From: Glycera tridactyla
Taxonomy: Eukaryota
Assembly: GCA_965644265.1 (NCBI GenBank)
Contig: OZ286472.1
Coordinates: 16,120,001 to 16,184,000, forward strand
DNA: 64,000 nucleotides
Direction: 5' to 3'
The notes beneath the pieces were generated by a model. The model was not told the origin of the DNA, did no database searches, and was given only the letters and a program-made list of their open reading frames with translations. The position numbers and the translations under genes are program-made. Below are positions 1 through 12,428 of the stretch, in pieces. Each line of letters begins with the position of its first letter. The stretch's first letter is position 1.

Positions 1-180
1 ATGATCAGTAGTCAACCATCCTCATTTCTGTCGAGGTGAGGAACTGTGACTAGCAAGCAGTTGAAAATCTCCAAATTGAGTTCCAAGACATTTGCTCGCT
101 TAGTGCATGTATAATTCCAAGGAAAGGTAGAAGACAGTTCCGAAAATTATCCTTGCTGATCACAGGTGATTGTTTATCAC

Positions 181-288
181 CCTCTTTCTCATTTGAGATT
201 CCACTGTAATCCTTGCTCTTCAAAATCACATTCTCCTCTTTCTCATTTGAGATTCCACTGTAATCCTTGCTCTTCAAAATCACATTCT
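181..288. repeat. 54-bp tandem duplication
   Basis: CCTCTTTCTCATTTGAGATTCC...AAATCACATTCT at 181 and 235. Confidence 0.95.
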
Positions 289-429
289 TCAATTTATGAA
301 GAACATAAGGTGCTTCCCATTTCTCCTTCATAGGGCGCCACAAGAAAATGCTGGTGCCCCATAGTAATCATAGTTGTGTCTGTCTGTCAGCAAAATATTC
401 TTGTGCCATATTGGCCAATTTGTACAAGT

Positions 430-990
430 GCACTACCCATGAGGGCTAGGTGTGCCTAGACATGAATTTTTGTTTCTGTGACCTCTGACCTTGGAGACAT
501 GACCTTGAGCTTGAAAGTATTGTGCACAATGTGGTATCCAAGGTGTTGATGCCACAATGGCTAGTTTGTATGTGCACTACCCACAAGTGGCTGAATTGTA
601 CCTGTGGACTACCCATCAGACATGGGTGTACAAGGCATGGATCTACACTGCTGTGACCCTTGACCTTGGAGATATGACGATTGAATTTTGTGCACATTGC
701 TGTGGCCAAGGTATTATTGTCACAGAGCCTGATGTGTATGCGCGGACTACCCATGAGGGGTGACCTTTGTATTGTATGTTTCTTTATTTTGATCCATCGG
801 ATACAATGACCTCATATTGAGGCTTATCTAGTACCTGGAAACTTACCTTGAAGATGTGATCTTGACATTGAAATTGTTGTGCAGGCTGCTGTGTCCAAGA
901 CATTAATGCCACAGTGGCCAATTAGTATGTACACATCCTTTCAAATGATTGTAGCTCTGTGTTTGTGCTGCTGATGGAAGGGGGGGGGGG
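430..990. repeat. Degenerate non-autonomous repeat with internal ~170-bp subrepeats (ACTACCCAT...GTGACC(C)TTGACCTTGGAGA)
   Basis: ACTACCCAT at ~431, 609 and 746; GACCTTGGAGA(C/T)ATGAC at ~488 and 663; poly-G near 980. Superfamily not determined. Confidence 0.55.
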
Positions 991-1700
991 GGCTACACGG
1001 ACTGGTCAGTTGTACAGTTCATCCATATCTTCGCAGCACTATCAATGACTGATGGCCACTATTGTTTAGTATTGACAAGTAGATTTATCACATTCTTGGG
1101 AATATTGATATTTCTTTAGGGCTGGTTGTCTTATCCTCGAGCCAGGCTAGTACACATTGATTTTGGTGACATTTATTTATGTGAAGCTATATTCTTGGTG
1201 TTTGTGCAATGGCCTGTGTCAAAATCTGAGATGATGCAGGGTAAACTAAAAAGATATCCGATATGTTATGATCCCGACCTCATTTCTCATCAAATTGGGT
1301 GGAACTTCACCAAGCAGATGCATAAATCAAGCATGAAGTTCTGTTCATTACTGGGTCAATTCAGAAATATTAGTGCTCAGACGCCATGCGCCAGAATTGT
1401 ACTATAAATCAAATATTCAGTCTTTGAATTTAGCCACTCTCCCAAATACTTGGAAAAGTGAATTGGATGATGTAGATTGAAGGAACCAAACTCACCCTCC
1501 CAATGAAAGAGTGGGAATTTATCAGTTTATGAGGAATTTGTGGATTCACTCTGAAGACAGAACACTAAAATTTTGACTCCACCAACAACAAACCCTATTC
1601 CTTATGAGATGGTTTTGCATTTACCTGGCCTCAGCAAAACTCATGTTGGTCTGGCTTTGGAAGTCACTGGCACGACACAGAATAGTTGGAATTTGTGTCT

Positions 1701-3635
1701 AGATCAGTTTATTCACATAAATGCCTTGCTCTAGTTTCATCTTGACTTTCTTCATGAACTTGCACAAATTCAGGAAAGTGAATATACATTATGTATTTTC
1801 AGGAGAGTGATACTTTCAACCTGCTCTCTTGATGGGAGAGTGGTCGAAAAAGTTATTATGCTCTCATTGAATGGCCTAATGACACTTTGTGATCAAAAAT
1901 TATGATAAACTTCTGGATGACAGGTCCATCAATGCTCTTCCCCCACAGTGTCACCAGGAAGCTTTCATTCCACATCATGTGCAAGTTGTGAAAAGTAATT
2001 TCCTGCAGGTGAGAAGGTGGACATGTCGGATATCACAGTTTTTACTTTATTACTGCCACCTTGCTGCATGATGAATATCAAAAGTGGTGGTCCACTCATG
2101 CTATACAGTTGTGAGTATGTGCAAAGAGACCTGCAGTTGCAGCTAACAATCGCTGACGTTTTGTAATGGAAACAGGGTACCCATTCCTTTTTGACACACT
2201 AGAGATAGAGAATATTTGATGGGGGATTTGTCGAATATTTTCTCTGTTAGCTCAACTGAACAGCCTGCTATTTGGTCTCACGAAAGTCACTAATTCAACA
2301 AGGATAATGATATCTGCGTGGTCCATCAGCAGCAAATGGATTTTGAAATTTAATAAATAAATAATAAATGAAAATGAAATAAATAAATATAATCAATAGG
2401 CATACAATAGGGTGACCACATGGCTGACCCTCCCGGTGTCCCACCCACAGTTCTAGATATCTTTCCCCACCCCGGCTGACGCTGAGGCCCCACAATCAAG
2501 GGCTGTCAGCTTTCTAAGCGAATACAGCTTATAATTATCAGGTGATACTGACCAGCTACGGTCCATGTCAGATTTATACAAGATCTCAGTGAATAGTAGG
2601 AAAGATTTCCCGAGATGTCAGCTGAGATGGCGAGACCGGTGCTGGATCAAATGCTGGCAAAACATATCATAAATTATCACATATTAAACGAATCATGATT
2701 AGGCAGATTCCCAGACCTCCTACCAGTGTAGAACAGATGCTGTCAAAGACATCAAAACCCGACACAACCTCTCTTGTGCATTGTCAAACTGAAATCAAAT
2801 GCATAACAAGGTAACATTGATACACAAGCATAGCAACAGGGTGAACAATTGGCGTCACATTTCAAGAAATGACACATAATACTGACTAAAATCCCCAGAA
2901 AACGGGTGGAGCAAATGGGGTGGAGGAGGGCAACACGTTGCGAGGAAAAATATAAAGTGGCGGCAGTTTAACGGTGACGTGATGTGACGTCACCAACGTA
3001 ATGCATCAGGTTGTCATGTGATCATAGCAACAAGTATGCGGCCTCGCTCTGAAGACTCATTGATAAAATGATCACGTGATCCTGGTGTGTAAAACTAGTT
3101 TACGAGTAAACTCCTTTTTACACAACAGATCAGTTTATTCACAAGAATGCCTTGCTCTAGTTTCATCTTGACTTTCTTTTTGAACTTGCACAAATTCAGG
3201 AAAGTGAATATACATTATATATTTTCAGGAGAGTGATACTTTCGACCTGCTCTCTTGATGGGAGAGTGGTCAAAAAAGTGTTTATGCTCTTATTGTATGG
3301 TCTAATGACATTTTGTGATCAAAGAGTCTCACGAAAAAATGACGATAAACTTCTGGATGACAGGTCCATCAATGCCCTTCCCTCACAGTGTCACCAGGAA
3401 GCTTTCATTCCACATCATGTGCAAGTTGTGAAAAGTAATTTCCTGCAGGTGAGAAGGTGGACATGTCGGATATCACAGTTTTTTACTTTATTGCTGCCAC
3501 CTCGCTGCATGATGAATATCAAAAGTGGTGGTCCACCCATGCTATACAGTTGGATATGTTCAAAGTGACCTGCTTTGGTCTCACAAAAGTCACTATTTCA
3601 ACAAGGATACTGATGTCTGCGTGGTCCATCAGCAG
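1701..3635 (-). mobile_element. Decayed LINE RT fragment present as two diverged copies (1701-2332 and 3127-3635)
   Basis: Direct duplication is visible. Minus-strand translation HMMWNESFLVTLWGKSIDGPVIQK...FRPLS resembles the LINE RT W..G..P..W....I.PI.K / YRPISL region. Confidence 0.55.
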
Positions 3636-6600
3636 GCAGGATGTATAGGTGGGAGTATATGCCAAAGCTGTAAACATTACATGCCCTTCTACCATGACAG
3701 AGGTCAACATACCCTTTCACCCATCAATAGGAAGATACTTGGGTCACATGATCCGACCCCAACTACAGGCTCATGTAACTAAACAGCAACTCAGTAGCTA
3801 GGAGTTGATTGAATATCCCATTTAGAAAATCAGAAAGATTTTGTCTTCAAAAAATTTGTGAGTACCACGAGCTTGGATTTTTACATGATGTCAACTTGAC
3901 AGCTGTCTGAATCACTGATATGATGAAACAATTCCTCCCAAATGTGGGTGAATAAATGAACCTAATACTGGAAGGTGAATAACTGGAACGAATACTGGAC
4001 TTGCTTGAAGTGGTGGTCACTCGAGAGAGATGACCGATGGCTCTATGGAGGTGTGAGTGAGTGATATTGGAAGGAAGATTACATTTCTATCAATTAGCTG
4101 CTGATCAGAGGTCATTGATTCACTGATTATGTGGTCGGAGGCTGGCGCTACCTTTGATGTCGCTCATCTGCCGGTGCTGAATACAAGTTTGATTAGTCAC
4201 CTGATTTACTTTGACCTTACTTAGTGTCCTTACAAGGTCACAATGTAAGCCCCGCTCCCGCTAGACTCCCACTTCACAATCTTGTTGCACATTCACAATG
4301 TCTGTCTACCTCATCTGATACTCCTGTTCTCTACTTCACAATGACAGCACAAGGCCATAGGCTTCACAGGCTTCATAAGGCTTCATAATATTCATTTTGA
4401 GGGGATGCATCTCAAGACACATTTCCCTCCCAAAGTATACAAAATATACAAATACAAATACATCTCAGTAAATTATAATAAAGCAAACTATTGGCACATA
4501 TGTTTCTGCCGAAATATTAGTAATACAATGGTGTTTATTGTGAATGTATAAACCAACATGTCTGCTCGCCTCTCAACTCAAATTTGGTTGAAAGGTCAGT
4601 TCATCCGCCTATTCTCTCTGTTTTCCATGCTTCTCGTATTATGATATTAAAAGGTCACTGTGTCTGCCAACCTTCTCTGTTATCGAGTCTTGCATCTACC
4701 AGTGTCATTCCATCTGCCTGGGTCCTCTGTGCCTCTCACCTCCCTATTTGAACCAGCATTACAAAGCCACTGCTTCATCTCTATTACAACTGTCTCTTAA
4801 CACAAGGTCAGAGTATCTGCCAGCAACTCCTGTTACTCCTGTAGGCCTATTGCATCTTGTGTCCTTGATTTCTCCTGCCTACTTCCTTGTGGTATCAATA
4901 CAAGGTCACAGTGTTTGCCTGCCCCACTATTACAACTGCCTCCTACCTAACAATGTCACTTTCTCCTATGTCTTGAAGCTACTAGGTCGTCTCAAGGCCT
5001 CCCCATCAGTCTGTGCCCATTTTTCCTTATGCCTCGTACCTGAATTCTGAACTACGAGTTCATGGTTTCAGTCTGCCTCATCTGTCTTCCACTCATCAAT
5101 GCCTTTATAGGTTCAATGTCAGACCTACCCTGCCCTATCTTAATAATATCAGTACAGGATCACAATGTCAGCCTACCCCTCTGTCATTACAAATTTTTCA
5201 CTAATATTTTACGATAATGTCATCATCTTCCTTTTACCCCATCTGTGTGGCTCAAACTAATGTAAAATCATTCTATCACCTTGTGCCCCTTTCTTTCCAG
5301 TGTCCTACTTTCAAATGTCATTAACGTCACAAGGTCATTACCCCATTGATCATGACAGTAATATAGGGTCGAAGTGTCTGCCTGCCTCTTCATCACTTAT
5401 GACCCTTTTTGCACAATATTATTACAAGCTTGACCTATGCTTGGCAACCCCTGTACTAATCCTGCTACCAAACACTTAAGGTCATCACAAAGTCATGGTG
5501 TCTACCTGTCTTACTTTTACCCATAAAACCCCACGATAATCATATGATGTCACAGTGTTTGTCTGCCCCTTCCCACTCATCACCAGATCAGATGATGGCA
5601 TTGAAAGGTAACATGTCACCCTGTCTTTTTCTGTGGATTATTTCAAGGTCACTTCAGTCTGTCTGCAATATATGTTGCAATGGCACTACAAGGGCATGGT
5701 GTCCTCTAGCCCTTCTCTACATACCACTTATTATTGACATCAATAAGCAACAGTTATTAGGACCATATCAGGATGGATGCAACTTGCTAAGTGCATTAAT
5801 GTATTATTGACCAGATAGGCAACGCTCTCCTCCGACAGATCTGACTTGGCGGGTGGGATTTGTATCAAACAAAGACTTCCTCATAGACACAGATATCAAG
5901 GTTCATGAAAGATGTATTTTTATCTACTTCAGAACGATTCGTTGAGACGTTTCATGATGTTTCAACCACTCTCCTAGGAGTCATGGTTCCTATGTTGGAT
6001 TTCTAATCTGAAATGTGGCCCAAGGCTGCTAGGAGACTAGTCAAAATGCTGTGAAACATATCTGCAATATTGGAGGTTCAGTTTGTTTAAGATAATGGCT
6101 TTATCAGAATGGCAGACTTTTCCACCAAAAGTTCATGCAAAACAGCCCTTTTTGCTTTGTAAAATCAAGAGAATCATCATGGCCTTGATCTTGTGAGAGA
6201 AAATATTTTTGGGACAATTTCAAATGAGATCAAGTGAATTGAAATCATTGTAAAGTGATGGAAAGGTTCAGTGGATGGATTGAAAGTGTACTTCATGATA
6301 CACCATCATAATGGACAAATTACATTCCTTAGAATCTCCAGCCTATTGGTAGCGAGTAGTCTCATACTTGTGGTTTCTAAGGATATGATTGTCTTTTCGA
6401 GGCTAAGCAATTAGCATATCTATCAACCTCATGAATTTACTCAGTGAAGAGCCAGCTTATGAACAGGATGACTTTTCACCTGTGCTCTGCCAAAAACTGC
6501 TCACACTTACCATTTGTTTCCAACCCAATCTCAATTCATAGAATGGATACAGTTTTGTTAGAATCTTTGAAGTATTATTGGAATAGAGTTGAGCCTCAGT

Positions 6601-7834
6601 GAATGACAAAGAATTGTAAGTCATCTTCAATAGAGTGTGGTACAGTCAAATGTGATACAATGCAAAGGAGAGAAGCAGAGATCTGTCTGAGAAAGGTTCC
6701 AACATTCTTGACTAGCCACAACAATGGCACCCTACTGTATGTACTCACGTATAAGCCAATTCTTTTAGACCAAAATATTTGTTTGAAAGAAGGGGGTCGG
6801 CTTGTACATGAGAACAACTTCTACCAGATGAGATCACCTCATCAGTTTGAATGCGCATATTTGTTCCAAGCACATTGCAAAAAGGTGGTATTCACAGCAA
6901 GCCCCTAGATAAATTTCAGTGAAAGATATGGTCAGATGTATTTGAGGTTGCCACCCAAAGCAAACCCTTGATATGTGATGTTTCTCAATTATTTGGTCAG
7001 CCAATACCTATAACTTATTTCGTTATGGCGGAATCATATTTTATATATTCATCCATATCACTTCTGTGTATCACTGTGGGATGCTGGTTTTTTCACCATG
7101 CAAAAACAAGAGGGATAGGGTTCATTTCTGGAAATGTGCTATCATCTCTGGGAATGAAAAGCCAATTCAACTGTCTTGTGACCTTCATGAAACTTCACCC
7201 TCAACCAGTATTGTTCAAGAGGATATCAGAATGATCCATTCTTATGCTGATTGTGTAGGCGTCTCGGTATAGCCAATGTAGTGGTGACAAGATGAGCAAC
7301 AACAGCATGGTGGTGTACATGGTGCACATCAATCATTTACATGGTGGAGGAGAAGGCTTGCGCAGTGAGGAAGCCATAGCTTATCGGTGTCATGCCATCC
7401 CTACCAGCAGATCACATGTCCGGAACCAGCCTGTCAACTTTTCAAAGGGCACTTAATCATATGGCACAGATAACTTGGCTCAAATATCCTGCAGAATGTC
7501 CTCTAGATTATTGTGGATGATGTACACATTATGGCTGCTAGGACACAAGAATATCACCAGCCGGATTTATAGGATACATTTAATGTGACCAGGAAATAAA
7601 TTCTATGTTTCTCCTCACCATCTTTGGAATCATCCAAAACATCATTACATTCAGTGGATATTGGTTATTGAAACTGCATTTTAATTGATGAATGCTGCCA
7701 GTAGGTATTATACTCCCCAAATTACATTATTCCATTATCAATAAACAGAGATATCGCCAACACATCCCACTCTTGACTGACTCAGCCTCCCCAGGACCAG
7801 CTGAGGCAGAGTTATGCAGGTCATCAGTGAAATA

Positions 7835-8012
7835 CAGTGAAACCTGTCTTGGGAGACCCTTCTTTTGGGAGACCACCCTCTAATGAGAGACTGCTCTTTG
7901 TCGGCTCTTCTCTATTTGGCATAGTCAAATATACCTTCAATGAGAGACCACCTGTCTTGAGGGTCCACTTCTTGTTGGCGTTTGGGGCGGTCTCCCAAGA
8001 CAGGTTTTACTG
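7835..8012. mobile_element. Tc1/mariner-pogo-type MITE (family A)
   Basis: TIR CAGTGAAACCTGTCTTGGGAGACC / GGTCTCCCAAGACAGGTTTTACTG with TA on both sides. Confidence 0.9.
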
Positions 8013-8150
8013 TACCAGGGTGGCATTTTAGGCCTTTAAATTCCATACCCCTGTGTTATTTGCACAGGATCATCACACATGCAACTGAGACCACCACAAA
8101 TATCACCAAAACGCAGGTTCTCAAAAAATTGCTCTCTCATCAGAGGTATA

Positions 8151-8327
8151 CAGTAAAACCTGTCTATAGTGAAAAGTCACGGGCAAGATTTTTCTTTTCA
8201 CTGTAGACAGGATGTCACTATATACAGGTCAATTATAGTGAGAAAAAAAACGTTCGGGCGAGATTTTTCTTTTCACTGTAGACAGGATTTCACTGTGGAC
8301 AGGATTAAACTATAGCAGGTTTTACTG
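8151..8327. mobile_element. TA-flanked MITE (family B, AGTGAAAAGTCACGGG core)
   Basis: TA-CAGTAAAACCTG ... CAGGTTTTACTG-TA with internal ACAGGAT subrepeats. Confidence 0.88.
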
Positions 8328-10242
8328 TATCTGATTATTTCATAATAAAAGCTTCTCTTATATGATAGTAGTATTTGAAAGGTTGATATTTGCGTCCCTG
8401 GACTTTAGATTCCAAAAACATTGATTTCTGAGGCAGGAAAAATATTCATACTGGCTCCTGCTGTGTAAACTCTGATGCTGAATTGGTCGCAAACTGGAAT
8501 TCCGGCTCGATCTGAGAGGAAATAAGGTTGATGTGATGATTCATTATGGCAATATGGATCACATCCTACATGGACCACACCCTGGAATGAGAAATCAGCA
8601 TCCCAGTTCAATGTTGTGTAGGAAGTTGTGTAGTTTCTCTCAAAAGACACTTTTCCTGTTCTCCATGATCTGGCCAAATGTATATTTCTATCGATGTTAT
8701 CAACCAACCTCGTGCTGAATAATTGCCTAGAAATTTGCCAAATAAAAGGCAATACATTGAAAAGAACAATTGATGAGTCTACATGCATGTAGTGGGAATT
8801 TCCCTCGGAAACATCACAATCATTCTCCAGAAACATGATCAATTTGTTCACCTTCCACCACACTGATTCAACTGCCCATCCATGGTCTTGGCCTCTTAAA
8901 ACCATGATAACAAGTTGACCAAAATGGTATTCCAATCACCAATGATTGATTCATGCAAAAATACCATTGAATATGGGAGATCGTCTCCCAGAATGCAAGA
9001 ATATGCTTGCATTGTTATGAAAAATTGATTTTCTGAGCCAAATGGAGACGGATTTCATGAGCCACCATTCTACCTTGTCCTCCAGCATCTGAGGCTCCAC
9101 AAACATCCTTGAGGTCACATGTTTAGCCAGCTATTTTTGGCTTGCTGTGCAATAAGCAATAGATATTCCACGGGTAAATCATTGAAAAGACATGTTATCA
9201 CAGTGAAGTTGAATTTTCAAGTGTTTCTCCTTGAAAAGTCTATCATGCAAGTGCAAAAGACCAGACAATAGGCTTTAGTTCTGCTTCCATCAAGCATGGT
9301 GTGAGCAGCGAGGAGTCTTTTGTTCATACACAGTTATCGTCGCCCATGTCGGTGCTGATCAAGACACTGGTTTGCCTTGTGTGGTCATTCGTCGCAGGTA
9401 ATCAGAACAATTTAGGCTGGTCGCCGGTCACATTGGACAGATGGTCTTTCTTCAGAGGTCATTCGAGAAGTATTTGGTATTTTGGAACAAAGAAATGGTC
9501 ATTCAAGAGTGGTGGTCACCCATCAGGGGGTCACTTGTGACACGTTTCGATGTATGAAGGCCACCTGCCTATAAAGACCAAAGGTGGCCTTCATAGACAG
9601 GTCCAGCTTAATTCTAAGGATAATGCATGGCATCAAACATCAACCAGCCAACCAAATATTCCAGCATTATAATTATCTCTGCCTACATTTTACTCACTGC
9701 ATTGCTCAGCACAATCACAATTTAGATTGTTTGAATTGGCATTATGATGAAGTAATATTTTTTGTTATATCTTGATATATGTCACATGCACAAGTGGTTA
9801 ACCACAAAAACATATAATATGCACGACTTGTCTATATGTTGAAATCTGTCACATGCACAATAGACAAAAGACTGCTTTATTTGGCTTCAGGATGCATTAT
9901 TGATCAAGACCAGGTATTATTGTAATATGCAGAGCAGATTCTGAGAATTCTGACAATTCCTGGAGGCATTTGACTGTGAAGATTATGCAATATTTGAAGA
10001 CAATATGTTCTCTCAGTGCATGAAATTTGATGTGTTCATGCTACTGATAAATTGTGAGTTTGTCATTTTATTAACATAAGATATTCAGCACAATATCTCA
10101 TATACTTATTTCCTGTGGAAATGGCAGTATCTGTGGGATTTTGGTAAAGGTCACAATGGATTAGTGAAGCAGTCATGAGGGACAGGAAGGATCAGAGTCT
10201 GGCGCTCCTGGTGTAATGGTGGGAACGTGTCTGTCTCATTCT

Positions 10243-11292
10243 TTCGTAAGAGTCCTCCACATCTGTCCTCACCACTACACTGCTCACTGTCATTCGTAAG
10301 AGTCCTCCACATCTGTCCTCACCACCACACTGCTCACTGTCATTCGTAAGAGTCCTCCACATCTGTCCTCACCACCACTCTGCTCACTGTCGTTTGTAAG
10401 AAAACTCCACATCTGTCCTCACCACCACTCTGCTCACTGTCGTTTGTAAGAAAACTCCACATCTGTCCTCACCACCACACTGCTCACTGTTGTTTGTAAG
10501 AAAAATTCCACATCTGTCCTCACCACCACACTGCTCACTATCGTTCGTAAGAAAACTCTACATCTGTACTCACCACCACTCTGCTCACTGTAGTTTGTAA
10601 GAAAACTCCACATCTGTCCTCACCACCACACTGCTCACTATCGTTCGTAAGAAAACTCTACATCTGTACTCACCACCACTCTGCTCACTGTCGTTTGTAA
10701 GAAAACTCCACATCTGTCCTCACCACCACTCTGCTCACTGTCGTTTGTAAGAAAACTCCACATCTGTCCTCACCACCACACTGCTCACTGTCGTTGGTAA
10801 GAAAACTCCACATCTGTCCTCACCACCACTCTGCTCACTGTCGTTTGTAAGAAAACTCTACATCTGTACTCACCACCACACTGCTGACTGTCGTTGGTAA
10901 GAAAACTCCACATCTGTCCTCCCCACCACACTGCTCACTGTCGTTGGTAAGAAAACTCCACATCTGTCCTCCCCACCACACTGCTCACTGTCGTTGGTAA
11001 GAAAACTCCACATCTGTCCTCACCACCACTCTGCTCACTGTCGTTTGTAAGAAAACTCCACATCTGTCCTCACCACCACACTGCTCACTGTCGTTCGTAA
11101 GAAAACTCCACATCTGTCCTCACCACCACCCTGCTCATTGTCGTTTGTAAGAAAACTCCACATCTGTCCTCCCCACCACACTGCTCATTGTCATTCGTAA
11201 GAAAACTCCACATCTGTCCTCACCACCACTCTGCTCACTGTCGTTTGTAAGAAAACTCCACATCTGTCCTCACCATCACACTGCTCACTGTC
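10243..11292. repeat. Minisatellite, 50-bp unit, about 21 copies
   Basis: Unit TGCTCACTGTCGTTTGTAAGAAAACTCCACATCTGTCCTCACCACCAC(A/T)C recurs every 50 nt. Confidence 0.98.
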
Positions 11293-11705
11293 TGGGAATG
11301 GGGGCCGCTATGTCTGCCTTCAGGTGACCTCTGTATTACTGACAGACATCAGACCGCCCTACTTGGCTTCTGTCACTGAGATAAGCAAGGTTGCGAACAA
11401 CTTCCAGCACTGATCTCACCTTCACAGTTGAGAACCAGATATTTTTCTCTTGTTTCTCCATCTTTTCTCTGAGAAAAATATAGAATGTGTAATCTGCCGG
11501 AAAAAACGTATGAGATCAGACACAGGATGCTAGCGGTAGGCTGATATATGTGATGTTTCCAGCAAGAACTAAGATCAGATATCAACAGTGAATAGGTTGT
11601 ATACTGTTTCAAATCCCCATCAGTTCTAGATTCTGACTACCCAAACCTATCCCTGCTAGATCTGTCCAATATCTGAGTCAGCCAACTTACCTGCTCTTGC
11701 AAATA

Positions 11706-11864
11706 CAGTCGAACCTCCTCTAAAGACCACCTCTCTATAAAGGCCACCCTGAGCTGCGACCATGGTAGTGATTTCAACAGTGAATGACCTCTATAAAGAC
11801 CACCTCCCTATAAAGGCCACTTTTTGATGCAACTGAAGGCAGTCTTCTTAGAGAGGTTCGACTG
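11706..11864. mobile_element. TA-flanked MITE (family C)
   Basis: TA-CAGTCGAACCTC ... GAGGTTCGACTG-TA with internal AAAGACCACCTC.CTAT subrepeats. Confidence 0.92.
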
Positions 11865-12178
11865 TACATACTGCTGCAATTGGAAATAAAGACTTCCATA
11901 GTTTGCATACTGCACTGCTTTGAAAGTGTCAGATGCCTTAGCAATGGCCATCATTTGACATAGAAACAAACTTTAATTTACGAGTATTCATTTTGGGCAT
12001 AGTCCAACCTGTTTCTAGCAACCTTGCATGGTTGAGTACAACAGAGGTGATCCTGGGGATGATTCATCATTTGCAGAGTGGGTATCTACATGATTTTCCT
12101 GGACAAGTGAGTATCACATCAGTGCTGAACAAAGGATATCCATTGCATCCAATGTTCTAATGAAATATCATTAGATAC

Positions 12179-12428
12179 TAATGCTTGGACTTGGTTGCAA
12201 AAGTGTTGATCGATTAATCGGACCCGTCAGTGATCAATTATTGATCAAATAATCAGAGTTTGGACTCCCCTGGCTGACCTCAAAATACCAAAGATGTTCA
12301 GCAAAATCATAACTTTGTATCAATATTCAGGGACAATAGCTTAATCAATTGTCAATTTGTTTGATTAATCGAATCGGACTTCCCAACGATTCTCTAATCG
12401 ATATAATCAGGTAATCGTCACAGCTCTA
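12179..12428. mobile_element. hAT-type MITE with 8-bp TSD
   Basis: Ends TAATGCT / AGCTCTA; flanks TTAGATAC and TAAGATAC (7/8). Inverted homolog of 60427-60682. Confidence 0.8.

Noticed and set aside
3229-3449. Apparent plus-strand exon with good AG/GT sites
   Set aside because: The opposite strand better matches a LINE RT relic, and the duplicate copy at ~1803-2008 is frameshifted.
8405-8935. 176-aa ORF, and an upstream HCDNM string near 9190-9210 recalling DIRS RNase H
   Set aside because: No recognisable domain in the ORF; surrounding frames are full of stops and one 5-residue match is insufficient.
10243-11292. CRISPR-like appearance of a regular repeat array
   Set aside because: Units are contiguous with no unique spacers, there are no cas genes, and the context is eukaryotic.
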